A DNA stretch of 64,000 bases, from contig NC_043013.1 of the NCBI RefSeq assembly GCF_006345805.1, forward strand, positions 23,126,001 through 23,190,000, read 5' to 3'. A program made the position numbers and the translations under genes. Below, one piece after another: positions 1-11,824 of the stretch (position 1 is the first letter of the stretch; the number at the start of each line of letters is the position of its first letter). The notes under the pieces are model-generated. The model worked only from the letters and a program-made list of their open reading frames with translations, made no database searches and was not told where the DNA came from. The stretch comes from Octopus sinensis. Taxonomy: Eukaryota.

Positions 1-70
1 GATCCCCGGTCGAACCGTCCAAACCATGCTAGCATGGAGAACGGACGTTAAACGATGATGATGATGATGA
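1..70 (+). mobile_element. 3' terminus of RTE LINE (or RTE-tailed SINE) with (GAT)n tail
   Basis: ccatgctagcatggagaacggacgttaaac followed by (gat)n. The same sequence is contiguous with an RTE ORF at 48625-50760. Confidence 0.75.
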
Positions 71-71
71 T

Positions 72-232
72 GTCCAGGAAGGGGGTCATACCCAACAACT
101 GGTGTAACAACACTGTAGTCAACAGTTACAGAGGTAAAGGAGATGCCTTACACAGAATTACAGAGGCATCGAATTATTGGACCAAATGTAATGAAAGTTG
201 CAGAAAGGGTCATAGCGCTATTAAAGAAAACA
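72..232 (+). mobile_element. RTE LINE reverse transcriptase fragment
   Basis: GVIPNNWCNNTVVNSYRGKGDAL matches GVIPNDWCSSTILSCYKGKGDAL of the RTE copy at 50337-50531. Confidence 0.8.
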
Positions 233-261
233 AAAAGATAACAAAATTATTTTATTCTTAC

Positions 262-328
262 CGGTTTTCAGAGAGTAAGTCTAACATTTGTTCAGCAAGC
301 CACAAATTCTTTGGACTAACATCTCCAC
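262..328 (-). CDS. INTS3: INTS3 coding exon 6 (GGDVSPKNLWLAEQMLDLLSENR); gene continues beyond the window start
   Basis: gttttaag acceptor, CCG|gtaaga donor, 67 bp, phase-compatible with exon 5. Matches human GGDVTAKNIWLAESVLDILTEQR. Confidence 0.95.
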
Positions 329-1203
329 CTTAAAACAAACAGAAGAAAAATAATAAACAAACTTAAGAATAACAAATTTTGTTATTTCTATAAATTATAC
401 CCGAAGATCCTGCAGTATATTAGCCCCTACACCCTTTTCATCTTGTGTCTTCAGAAAATTGGAAAAAGTGATATCAGGTTGTAAAAACTCTGATAACTTT
501 AAAAGAAATGCAGAACCACCTCCAACCAATGCCATCCTGGAAATATGGGACATTCTATAAACAGATGGCAGAACCAGAATATGAATTCGTAAGCACTGAA
601 TAAGTTGTCTTCCATTCAGTTATTAAAGAATATTTAAAATTGGGAGAGAAGAGAAGAAAGAAAAATTGGAGTGATAGCTTGTGAGAATAAACTAGTTAAT
701 AAGAGAGAAAGACACAATGAAAGGGAGGGCGAGAGAGAGAAAGAAAGAGATGAAGAGACATCAAGCTAGGAAAAGACAGGGTAATGAATAGGGGAGAGAT
801 GGGGGGGTGAGAGACAGCAAATAAATAACAGGAGAGAGAGAGAGAATCAGAGATTCAAATGAAAAAAAAGTGGGAAAGAAGTGTTTAAAAGAGAGAGAGA
901 GATAATACATGAGTAGAGTAAGAATAATAAGAGAAAGAGAGAGAGAGAGAGACTGAGAGGTGAATGAGCATAAAGAAAAGAAAGGAAAGAAAAGAAAAAT
1001 AAGAATACAAATATTTAAATGCAGCAATACAATCTTTTAGCAAAACAAAATATTTTCTTTTTTTTTTTTTGGGGAAATCTGTTAATGAAAAAATAATAAT
1101 TATAAGAATAAAAATGAAAAGAATAAACTAAGAAAAAAAAAATCAGTGTAGGTAAATGTTGCAGTGAATGATAAGAATTAAAGGTAAATGAGAGAAAACT
1201 GAC

Positions 1204-1288
1204 CAGCTATCTGCCGAATTAATGCGAAACATGTGCCATCAGATCCAACAACTGCATTCTTCACAAACTCCCTCATCAGCCATAAAAT
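1204..1288 (-). CDS. INTS3: INTS3 coding exon 5 (ILWLMREFVKNAVVGSDGTCFALIRQIA-G)
   Basis: ttttgttctcag acceptor, CTG|gtcagt donor, 85 bp ending in phase 1. Matches human LVWLVRELVKSGVLGADGVCMTFMKQIAG. Confidence 0.95.
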
Positions 1289-1473
1289 CTGAGAACAAAA
1301 GAATATGCAATTGTCATAAACAAACAAGTGTTAAAGAATAAATCATCATAATAGTTTCCAACTGACAACAATCCCCCTCGGATAAGCCTCATTCATTATG
1401 GAACCACATCTGTGCAAAGATCATAATAAACAATACAAATAAAATAATTAAAAAAAAATAAACACGCTAATTA

Positions 1474-1975
1474 TCATCATCATGCTGGCATGGGTTGGAC
1501 AGTTCGACTGGGACCCAGAAAGCCAGGAGGCTGCACCAGGCACCAGTCTGATCTGGCAAAGTTTTTACAGCTGGATGCCCTTCCTAATGCCAACTACTCT
1601 GAGAGTGTAGTGGGTGCTTTTTAAGTGCCACCAGCACAGGGGCCAGAGGGGGCTGGCATCAACCACGATCAGATGGTGCTTTTTACATGCCACTGGGATG
1701 GGAGCCAGTCAAGGTGGCGCTGGCATCGACTGCATTTGGCTGGTGCTTTTTACGTGCCACAGGCACAGAAGCCAGTCAGGGTGAGGGGACTGGCATCGAC
1801 CACGTTCAGATGGTGCTTTTTATGTGCCACTGGCACGGGGACCACAACTACAATTTCCATTTGATTGTGATTTTCTTTCATTTGATGTTGATGTACTTGA
1901 CTCAATTGGTCTGCTCAAGTACGGCATGTCACCCTACAATCCAAGGATACTTTCTGAGTTGGCTGGTTATGCAAC
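1474..1975 (-). mobile_element. RTE 3' UTR-derived repeat, about 500 bp
   Basis: Shares catgctggcatgggttggac...gctggatgcccttcctaatgccaac...gtgccacc with the RTE 3' UTR at 48625-49020. Other copies at about 3234-3325(-), 4784-5110(-), 5330-5457(+), 10180-10445(+), 46590-46720(+), 53120-53348(+), 54704-54925(-), 57940-58200(-), 58640-58835(+), 58890-59050(-) and 63360-63550(-). Confidence 0.75.
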
Positions 1976-2525
1976 AATACTTTACAAAATAAAGAAGTCC
2001 CACAAGATTATCGTATCTTCATTTATCATTTCTTTATTTTTAATCATCTCACTACATTCCTACTAATTTACTATCTTCAATGGATTAGTGAAGCATCTAA
2101 CTCCAGAACTGATTGCATATCTATATATCAAAGGGCCAGGATTTCTGGTGAAAAAGACTTGCACTCCCAAGCAAAACTGAGTTCTGGAAGAGCTATATTC
2201 TGGGTTCCCTATTCAGTGAAACTCCCTCCCCTTCTGCATTATGCCTACCCCTTGTCCTTTCTCCCCACCCAACCCAGAAACTCTATCATCTTTACTAATC
2301 CTGCTACTTGTCTCCCCACCACCATCACCCTGCTCCTTTTCCCAGTAGCAACGCAGATCCCTCTGCAGTAACTCGTTCCACCCCCCAACTCTCTTACAGT
2401 AATCCCCTCCCCTCATCCCTTAATATGAAGCTGGCCCACCACCTACCCCAACCATTGCCAACCCACGTTCATTTATTCCAATACCAGACAGAAACGAAAG
2501 AAGAAGTTAATCCAGCAGCAGCAGC

Positions 2526-2819
2526 AGAAGAAGAAGAAGAAGAAGAAGAAGAAAAAGAAGAAGAAGAAGAAGAAGAAAAGAGAAGAAGAAAAGAGAAGAA
2601 GAAGAAGAAGAAAAGAGAAGAAGAAGAAGAGAAAAGAGAAGAAGAAGAAAAGCGAAGAAGAAGAAGAAGAAGAAGAAGAAGAAGAAGAAGAAGAAAAGAG
2701 AAGAAGAAGAAAAGAAGAAGAAGAAGAAAAGAGAAGAAGAAGAGAAGAAGAAGAAGAAGAAGAAGAAAGAAAAAAGAAAAGAGAAGAAGAAGAAAAGAAG
2801 AAAAGAGAAGAGGAGGAGG
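2526..2819. repeat. Interrupted (GAA)n/(TTC)n microsatellite, about 290 bp, in INTS3 intron 4
   Basis: Directly visible; it explains the spurious ORFs 2308..2856 and 2469..2822. Confidence 0.97.
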
Positions 2820-2826
2820 CAATTAC

Positions 2827-2940
2827 CTGTACTTTAACCGGTTGAAGTATTTTTAGCCATTTGTCATGAATGATCTTACCAAGGAAACCTTGGACAAGCA
2901 CCATCCCATCCCTGCTGACCAATGTCATGTCACGGTACAT
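2827..2940 (-). CDS. INTS3: INTS3 coding exon 4 (MYRDMTLVSRDGMVLVQGFLGKIIHDKWLKILQPVKVQ)
   Basis: tttttgcag acceptor, CAG|gtaatt donor, 114 bp. Matches human CYRDLALVSRDGMNIVLNKINQILMEKYLKLQDTCRTQ. Confidence 0.95.
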
Positions 2941-3188
2941 CTGCAAAAAATACACATACATATATGAAATATACATATCAGGGTAAAGAGGAGCAAAAAC
3001 CCCTTTTGGTCATGAATGACCGTGGGGTTGCACCTAGAAAGTTACCGTCCAAGGCACAAGTCGGGGCAAGGTTGTTTGTGGAAGACCAGCAGTCGCCCAT
3101 GCATACCGGCCTCCCCTTTCACCATCACTGATGTTATCCAAGGGAAAGGCATATACATATATATATATATACACACACACATATATAC

Positions 3189-3234
<46 letters not shown>

Positions 3235-3324
3235 CATCATCATCATCGTTTAACGTTCGCTTTCCATGCTAGCATGGGTTGGACGGTTCAACTGGGGTCT
3301 GGGGAGCCCGAAGGCTGCACCAGG

Positions 3325-3364
<40 letters not shown>

Positions 3365-3871
3365 CTTTTATTCTTTTTACTAGTTTCAGTTATTTGACTG
3401 TGGCCATGCTGGAGCACCGCCTTAAAGGGTGTTAGTCAAAGAAATCGACACCATGAAATTAACGTGCACATGACTGAGTACTCCACAGACACATAAACCC
3501 TTAACACATGATGCAAGATGTGACAAGGCTGGCCCATTGAATTACTGGTACAACTCATTTTTGCCAGCTAGGTGGACTGGCACAACATGAAATAAAGTGT
3601 CTTGCTGAAGGACACAATGTGCTGCTGGGAATTGAACTCACAACCTTTCGATCGTGAGCCAAATACTCCTAAATCACTAAGCCATGCACCTTCACATATT
3701 ACAATAATGAAACCACAAATACACCATGTCTGAAGAACGGAAGGGACAGCCATAGCCGTGTGCCTTCACCATTGCTCAACCGGGTTAGTGCTGGATGCTA
3801 AACCAAGAACAATAAAGTACCTGCAGGACAGGAAATAATTGGCAAATTATTTTTAAAACAAAAATCTTTAC

Positions 3872-3955
3872 CTTAGCTGCCATTTTAGGTTCAACAAGTA
3901 TGGCATATAACTGGCCCAGCTGGATCTCTTCATGTTGGTTTGGGCCTTTCCCCAC
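3872..3955 (-). CDS. INTS3: INTS3 coding exon 3 (VGKGPNQHEEIQLGQLYAILVEPKMAAK)
   Basis: tttttcttccag acceptor, AAG|gtaaag donor, 84 bp. Matches human VCKGLPQHEEICLGLFTLILTEPAQAQK. Confidence 0.95.
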
Positions 3956-4149
3956 CTGGAAGAAAAAAAAACATACAAGAAATAAATAAAAAAAAAAACT
4001 TCAAAGATTATAAATATGAATCCATTTAAATGAATGGATTACTTATGGATTCCATGCATTAATCTCTAACCTTTTGCAAACCACACTTCCTTATATCTTT
4101 CGATAAGTAGAAAATGTGTCGAGGAAGATCCATAAAGTTAAGTAGACAC

Positions 4150-4580
4150 AGTCTGCAGTGGAGTCTGTGCTGTTGTACAGGTGTGAGACTTGGACACTGA
4201 CCAAAAAACTCACTCAGATGGTGGATTGGTGCTACAAGAGAATGCTGAGGATGGCTCTGAGCATTAATCAGTGTACATTGAAGATGAAGAACTCAGAGCC
4301 ATATGGAAGCCTCCCAAAAGTTAGCTTGAAAATAGCACAAAGGAGACTGAGGTTAGCTGGACATGCTCACCGTCATTCAGAGTTGATACTGCACTTAGTG
4401 CTCCCGTGGGAGCCCCTACACAGACACACGAGAAGAGGGAGACTGAGGATGACATGTGTCGATACCCTAAGAACAGACACTGGTCTCTGAGAGACACAGG
4501 ACATGGCAACGATGATAAGGGACAAAGACAGCTGGAGAGAACTCGTCCATGGATCTCAGGAATTTTACCTGCTCTAGATG
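4150..4580 (+). mobile_element. RTE/RTE-X clade LINE, C-terminal ORF2 fragment
   Basis: ESVLLYRCETWTLT...RRLRLAGHAHRH...RRGRLRMTCVDTLRTDTGL matches the typical RTE post-RT pattern (LLYG-ETWTL, RRLR-AGH, GRP--TW). Confidence 0.8.
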
Positions 4581-6106
4581 GATAGAGAGTATATTTCTAG
4601 CATTTGAGAAGAAGCAGCAAATATACCGAACCTAGCTGGGTTTGAACTGAGTACTTAGGGGATAATTCTTACAATTGTGAAGCATTAAATCCAACATTCA
4701 ACCATTATCTGCCTCCAAAAAATAAACTATATTAACAATACAAACACTGAAGTTTAACATTTCCAACATTGTTCATGTTTATATCATCATCATCGTTTAA
4801 TGTCCGTTTTCCATGCTGGCATAGGTTGGGCAGTTTGACTGGGGTCTGGGAAGCCAGGAGGCTGCACCAGGCTCCAGTCTCCTCTGGAAGTCTTTCTACA
4901 GCTGGATGCCCTTCTTAAAGCCAACCACTCTGAGAGTACACTGGGTGCTTTTTTATGTGCCACCAGCACTGGGTCTAGAGGGGGCTGGCATCAACCACAA
5001 TCGGATGGTACTTTTTACATGCCACCAGCACGGAGACCACAACTACAATTTCCATTTGATTGTGAATTGATTTGATTTCGATGTTGATGTACTTGACTCA
5101 GTAGGTCTCCTTTGCATTCTGGTATTAAAAAATCATTGGTTTTATTCTATGAATTCTATGTCTAAAGAGCAACAAAGATGAGGATTGCTACACATTATTA
5201 AAAGACTTGGTGCTACAAACTGGAGAAATAGAACCGCAAACATAAAGTAGAGCATAATTTTTCTTTATTTCTTAGCTTCATGAAAGTCTACATCTTTGAG
5301 TTAATAATACACATTATTACAAAGAACATGGCGTTAGGAAGGGCATCGAGCAGACTGAGCCTGGTGCAGCCTTCTGGCTTCCCAGACCCCAGTTGAACCA
5401 TCCAACCCATGCTAGCATGGAAAGCGGACGCTAAACAATGATGATGATGATGATGATGGCACAAGCAAATGCCATGTCCTACGCTTTGGAGACAGAACAG
5501 ATCTAATAATGAAATTTAATGGTCTTTGCTGCTTCAAAGGTTCAGTGCCCAATCACAAGAAATTGCTACCATTAAGCTAGCTTTGAACTGTATCCACATT
5601 TTCATTCTGCTACATCAATATTCTTAATTTAAAGTACCATAACATAGCAGTAACAAACTTCAAAATGTGCATCACAAATAACGATTCTCAAAAGAAACTC
5701 ACTCCCCCTCCCCTCTCTGTGCATGCATGTGTGTGTGTGTGTGTGTTAGCATTTACAATCTATGCTGAGCTCTGGCTATAAACAGTGGTGGTGTCATGGT
5801 ATACGACTGGGCTCTGATCAGTGACTGGAAAAGATTTGTTGATAAAACATTTCCTGTCGATAAATCATCTCTTAGCTGTACACTTCTACTTCCTCTGGAA
5901 TAAAAAAAAATCCCTTACTTAAACAACCCGTAAGGGTTAGTAACTGGAAGAGCATCCATCTGTTAAAATCCTGCCTCAAATACCTGCTACCATGGAAAAA
6001 CAACAAATATAGAATATAGAAAATATAGTAATTGGTTATCAGAAAAGAGACTGATTGAAACATGGGTTCTGATTGATTCAAAGAGTTCTGGTTGTAGAAT
6101 ACTTAC

Positions 6107-6190
6107 ATGGGCATTTAATGCATCATTGCATTCTCTTTCTGAGAGTCCATTTGTGATGCTGGTCAACACTGCATAGAATCTTTCACACTT
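6107..6190 (-). CDS. INTS3: INTS3 coding exon 2 (KCERFYAVLTSITNGLSERECNDALNAH)
   Basis: ttgcag acceptor, CAT|gtaagt donor, 84 bp. Matches human RLERCMSIVTSMTAGVSEREANDALNAY. Confidence 0.95.
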
Positions 6191-6452
6191 CTGCAACAGA
6201 ATTAATACAAAACAGAAATTAATCCAGTGAACAGAAAGCATGGCGCTGGGGTTCGCTTTAATTTCTCACCTCTTTCGGATAACAAAGCACTGAGTAGAAC
6301 TTTCCTCCAGTTTAAACTTGATAGTGTGTGTGTGTATGCATATGTGTGTGAGTGTGTATAGGTGTGTAGCATATTCATATGTATGCATACATGTGTGTGT
6401 ATGTGTGAAGGCACATGGCCCAGTGATTAGGATGTTACACTCCTAATCCTAA

Positions 6453-6673
6453 GGCGGTGAGCTGGCAGAATCGTTAGCACGCCGGGCGAAATGCTTTGCG
6501 GTATTTCGTCCGCCGCTGCATTCTGAGTTCAAATTACGCCAAGGTCGACTTTGCCTTTCATCCTTTCGGGGTCGATAAATTAACTACCTGTTACGCACTG
6601 GGGTCGATGTAATCGACTTAATCCGTTTGTCTGCCCCCTCTGTGTTTAGCCCCTTGTAGGTAGTAAAGAAATA
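6453..6673 (+). mobile_element. tRNA-derived SINE (family C) inserted into the head of another SINE
   Basis: Head ggcggtgagctggcagaatcgttagc...gagttcaaatt and tail gtagtaaagaaata. A 19-bp TSD gattaggatgttacactcc lies at 6425-6443 and 6674-6692. Confidence 0.85.
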
Positions 6674-7140
6674 GATTAGGATGTTACACTCCCAACTGCT
6701 TGATCATGGGTTCAATTCGCAGACCAGGCAGCATGTTGTGCTCTTTAGCAAACCACTTCATTTCCTGTTGCTCTTGTGCTGCGTGGGGGACCGAAATGTC
6801 AAAAAATAGACCCAACGTTTGCTCTGCATGTTTTAAACTAAAAGAGGTTGAGGTAGGATTTGCACTCCCACCTCTTAAAACCCTCACCATCAATGACTAC
6901 CCTAGACAGACCCATGGGGTTGGAGGGCTGTCGTATGAGTGGTACAAAGGGGTCACAAACTAATGGGGGATGCAACAACACTCGTTACAGTGCATGCTGC
7001 CATACACTACTACATACACACACGAGTGGACATATACACATACACACATATATATAATCATATATATGTGTGAGTGTGTAAATATAAATGTATACATGGA
7101 TGAACAGACGTGTACACATACATATGTGTATGTGTATATG

Positions 7141-7516
7141 GAAGTGGAAGCACTCTGTCGATTACGACGACGAAGGTTCCTGTTGATCCGATCAACGGAA
7201 CAGCCTGCTCGTGAAATTAATGTGTAAGTGGCTGAGCACTCCACAGACACGTGTACCCTTAACGTAGTTCTCGGGGATATTCAGCGTGACACAGAGAGTG
7301 ACAAGGCCGGCCCTTTGAAATACAGGTACAACAGAAACAGGAAGTAAGAGTGAGAGAAAGTTGTGGTGAAAGAGTACAGCAGGGATCACCACCATCCCTG
7401 CCAGAGCCTCATGGAGCTTTAGGTGTTTTCGCTCAATAAACACTCACAACGCCCAGTCTGGGAATCGAAACCGCAATCCTACGACCGCGAGTCCGCTGCC
7501 CTAACCACTGGGCCAT
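7141..7516 (-). mobile_element. tRNA-derived SINE (family B)
   Basis: A box tggcccagtgg and B box ggtttcgattccc on the minus strand. Near-identical to 44855-45241; variants at about 3455-3695, 46790-47075 and 48115-48440. Confidence 0.85.
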
Positions 7517-7525
7517 GTGTATATA

Positions 7526-8735
7526 TTGGGTTGACAAATAAGTTCCAGCTGTTTTTTATAATTTTGGAATTTATTGCATTTTTAAATTTTGGAATCTATT
7601 TTGTTTATTTTCTAGTTAATTTTGGTTAAATTTTGTTTAAAATGGAATGTCAAGTTTAGAAAAAAGAGCATTTTCGACACCTCGGTCTTTTTGCTTTTAA
7701 TCAAAGTTCTAAGGCCGCAAAAGCTGCTCACGACATTTGTGCTGTGTATGGAGAGGGTGCCATAGCTAAAAGAACCACTCGTGATTGGTATGCCAAGTTC
7801 AAAAAGGAAATTTTGATCTCAAAGACGCACCTCATTCTGGTCGTCCAGTTGAGTTCAATGAAGAGCGATTAAACCAACTTTTGCACAAAAATTCTCGTCA
7901 AACGACAAGGGAACTGGCAGAGAAAATGTAATGCTCCCACACTGCTATAGAGAAGCATCTTCACTCGATGGGAAAGGTTCAGAAGTATGGAGCATGGGTT
8001 CCGTATGCTTTAAGTGACAACAACAAAAATCAACAAGCCACAATCACTGCTGGTTTGCTTGCTCGTCACCGCTCAACTCATGAACACAAGCAACGATTTC
8101 TTTACCGAATCGTTACTGGCGACGTGAAATGGTGCCTGTACATCAATATGAAGCAACTTAAGGAATAGCTTAGCCCAGGTAAACAAGCGACACCGCGTGT
8201 GAAATAAGATCTTCATCCAAGTAAAACAACATTGTGCATATGGTGGGATTGGGAAAGGATTATCCATTACAAATTGCATGAATGGAACCACGGAACTCTA
8301 TGTTCAACAGATGGAACGACTCAACACAGCTATTCAAGAGAAAAGACCTAATCGGCAGCATGGAGTTCTTCTGCTGCATGACAATGCCCGCCCTCATATC
8401 GCCAATATGACTAAGGAAGCCATTCAAACGCAAGGCTGGGAAGTGTTGCCACACCTACTGTACTCTCCTGATTTGGCACCGACAGATTTCTACCTCTTTC
8501 GATCAAGTGCTATGCGTGGAGTTTCATTCAATACTGATCCAGAATTGAGAGCTTGGTTGGATCAATTTTTCAAGTCAAAATCAAGTGATTTCTACTAATG
8601 AGGTATTAAAAATCTTGTTGAAAGTTGGGAAAAAGTTGTAAACAAAAATACATTATTGATTAATTAGTTGTTATTTTTTATTAAACCTTTTAAAAAATTT
8701 AAATTTTAAAAACCGGCGGGAACTTAGCTGCCAAC

Positions 8736-8739
<4 letters not shown>
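7526..8739 (+). mobile_element. Full-length inactive mariner (D,D34D) transposon
   Basis: Imperfect TIRs of about 30 bp (ttgggttgacaaataagttcc.. / ..ggaacttagctgccaacccaa) with TA flanks. The transposase from ATG 7642 has motifs WYAKF, RIVTGDVKW, LLHDNARPH and YSPDLAPTDFYLF, broken by stops and frameshifts. Confidence 0.93.
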
Positions 8740-8804
<65 letters not shown>

Positions 8805-11480
8805 TATATGTGTGTGTGTGTGTGTGTACATACACACACACACAATGTATATAGGTTTGGTAAAACAAATACAAGAAAGAGAACTCAATACTCTGGTATA
8901 TGCTATTTTATTGTGAACCAAGAGAAAGTTAGAAGAGCAACTCAAGAGCCAAAAGTTCACAATATAACTTGACTGAAAAATTCGTTGATTTCTCAGAATT
9001 GCAGTAAAAAGTCTAAAATACACTAAAAGCTAAGATGCAACGACCAGTATATTATCTCGCACATCCTCCACTACATATATTCAATCCGGATAACCTATGA
9101 GTTGCTCTCAATCATTCACCTGGCTACTTACATACTGTAGGTCTGTTCACTGAGCCCTGATTAGGGTATTGCAACTAAACTAACTCAGATTAGAATAACC
9201 TCTCCCTCCAGCTTTGAGCAGACCAAAATAATCTAATAAACTAAATGAGCTGTAGACTGTATGTCATGTGATTTCCATTGGGGGATCAACTCCTGATCAA
9301 GTCACTGGGGAACAGACATCTGGCATGTCATGGGCATCTTGAAACCTGGCATCAGAACCCCTCGCCTTCAAGGACTGATTTAATGACAGCCAATTCCAGA
9401 GGGAGAGGGAGGGAGAGAAAATATGCCCTACCCTATTGACACTGAAAAGATGAAAAACTTGACCTCAGCACAACTTGAACTCAGAACAAAGGATGTGAGG
9501 ATGACTACCACAAGGCAATTAATTTATCCATTGCTCTAACAGCTTGACCAATTTGCAGCCATATATATCCATGTTATGTAGTGTTGCACTCATGAGTGGG
9601 GTTTCAATCCCTGGTCTGGGTGGTGTTGTGTTCTTTAGTAAAACACTCTAGCTCATACTGTTCTGCAAATCTCTTCAACACCGGACATGCTCGAGCAACG
9701 TCGATGGACAAACTGAGCTAATAATATACAGCAGCACATACATGCAATCGCAATAAACAAATCATTCGTGCAGGTGCTTCAGCAAGATATTGCAGAACCG
9801 TCTATCTTGGACTACAAGATACTACCATCATACACGTTATATGTGACGTGTGGAACTCATGGATTACTCTGAAGTTTTGCCTTCATAAGTTCTATCTACA
9901 CGGTACAACTTGATGATTCCACTGTGGTTGTAAAGATAATATTACCATTCCTGAATGGAGGTCTTTCACTCTTTCAAGGGCACCGAATAAGAAATATTAT
10001 TATCCTACATTAACATAATCCACAAATTTGTAGAACATGGCTTGTCGTGTACTGCAATGACTTATTACCCATTTTATCAACCTTGGATGGACGAAAGGGA
10101 CCCTAACAAGTTTCAAAAATAAAACAGGGGTAGAATTAATTCAGCAATAAATGATCTTCGGATGTTGAGCCTCATGGAGGCAAATGACAAGAGACCGAGA
10201 TTTTGCTGTTCTTGAGGAGACACATCAAGCTTAGTGAAATCATAGCTGTGGCCAGTGCCGGTGACACGCAGAAGGCACCCATGCTAGTGACACATAAAAG
10301 ACACCCAGTACACTCTTTGGAGTGGTTGATGTTAGGAAGGGCATCCAGCTGTAAAAACTCAGCCAAAAGACTGGAGCCTGTGCAGTCCCAGTCAAGCCGT
10401 CCAACCCATGCCAGCATGGAAAACGGACGCTAAATGATGAGGATGACTCACTGCTTCTGCCAACTCATCACACTGATTTTTAACATTAGAAGACCATTGG
10501 TGAGGGAGGGGGCAGTCGGTTGAGCCCTGCATCATAAGTACATAAATACATAACGGGTATCTATTGTTATCGACTTGAAGAACGATGGTTGGAAGGTAAA
10601 GTAAATAATATCGAAACGGTTTGACTTTGCAACAGCGGAACGATGGTGTTGTGACATTGATGTTTTTCTTTTATTTTTCTCTGGTAATTGAAACCAGGTC
10701 ATAAGCTCACCTCAGCATAAATTTTTGCTTCACCTCCAAGAGACAACAATAATAAGGACTCTTTTCACGGGAGACAGCCACCAAGATTGGAAGTGACTAG
10801 CTCAACAGCTATCGCTCTACATTTTCAAGTTCCGCTTTTGTTTACGAACGTTACATTTCAATTTCCTTCTATTTTAAAGTCTGACCCGTTCTTCTATTTA
10901 ATACAAAAGGAAACGTGGCAAGCTGGTATCTTGGTTTATAAGAAACAATGAATGAGAAAAGGAAGAAGGAAAAAAAGAGACAAGTTGCAAGTCTCTCCAT
11001 ATGAAATGTCTCCAACCACAGAAGCAAAACTAAAGTTGGAATATGGCTTAACCGACACTTATCTATTATTCTGCTTTACTGCATAAAACCTCTGATTTAT
11101 AAGAGAAATAAAACGATATTAGACAACATTCATGCCTTTCCCAAGAGTCAAATAACAAACTAAATGGAATGGCTCCAACCACTCGAAGAATAGAAGAAAT
11201 CAAGTGGTGGACACTTTTCCTATTTGTGTCGCTATAAACTTTATTCTAAACAAATAAGACAAGAATTAGTCTTTCTTTCCCAGGGGTAACAAATTCAAAC
11301 AAGGCAGAGATTTCCGACTGAATCAATCCCCAGCATATTACTGGTATTGTGTGTCGATGCCATAAAAAACGGTTGAGTCGACACTGAATGCAATTAAGGT
11401 TTGAAAATTTACGGAGAACAAATTGAAAAGCGGTCGAAAAATCATTAAGGAACGAGAGCTTTATAGTTTCAGAAACAAAA

Positions 11481-11483
<3 letters not shown>

Positions 11484-11532
<49 letters not shown>
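11484..11532. repeat. (AAT)n microsatellite in INTS3 intron 1
   Basis: Directly visible. Confidence 0.95.
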
Positions 11533-11535
<3 letters not shown>

Positions 11536-11749
11536 GAGGAAATGAAAAAAAAGGAGAAAAGGATGAAAATATGCAAAATTTAATTAAAAAACAAGAACAA
11601 CGACCAGAATGTCAATAAGTAATTAAGAAGATTGATAAATATTTTAGAGGGAAATAATTTGTCAGTTTTAAGAGTTGTGGCTTAGGTTTGTTTAAAATAA
11701 TTCTTCTTATTCTTATTTTTATTATTTTAGGTCAATTGAATATAAATAC

Positions 11750-11824
11750 CTCTTCGAGATCATCCTTCGGTTCTAAAACGGACGAAAATATTAATCTGGA
11801 TCCGGGATTTTTCTCTTTTTCCAT
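11750..11824 (-). CDS. INTS3: INTS3 first coding exon (MEKEKNPGSRLIFSSVLEPKDDLEE)
   Basis: ATG at 11824-11822 and donor GAG|gtattt. The peptide matches the INTS3 N-terminal motif recalled from human (RLLLSTSLDAKDELEE) and joins the next exon in phase 0. Confidence 0.9.

Noticed and set aside
2308-2856. 182-aa ORF rich in E/K/R, and its antisense ORFs
   Set aside because: Translation of the (GAA)n microsatellite; only 2827-2940 on the minus strand is a real exon.
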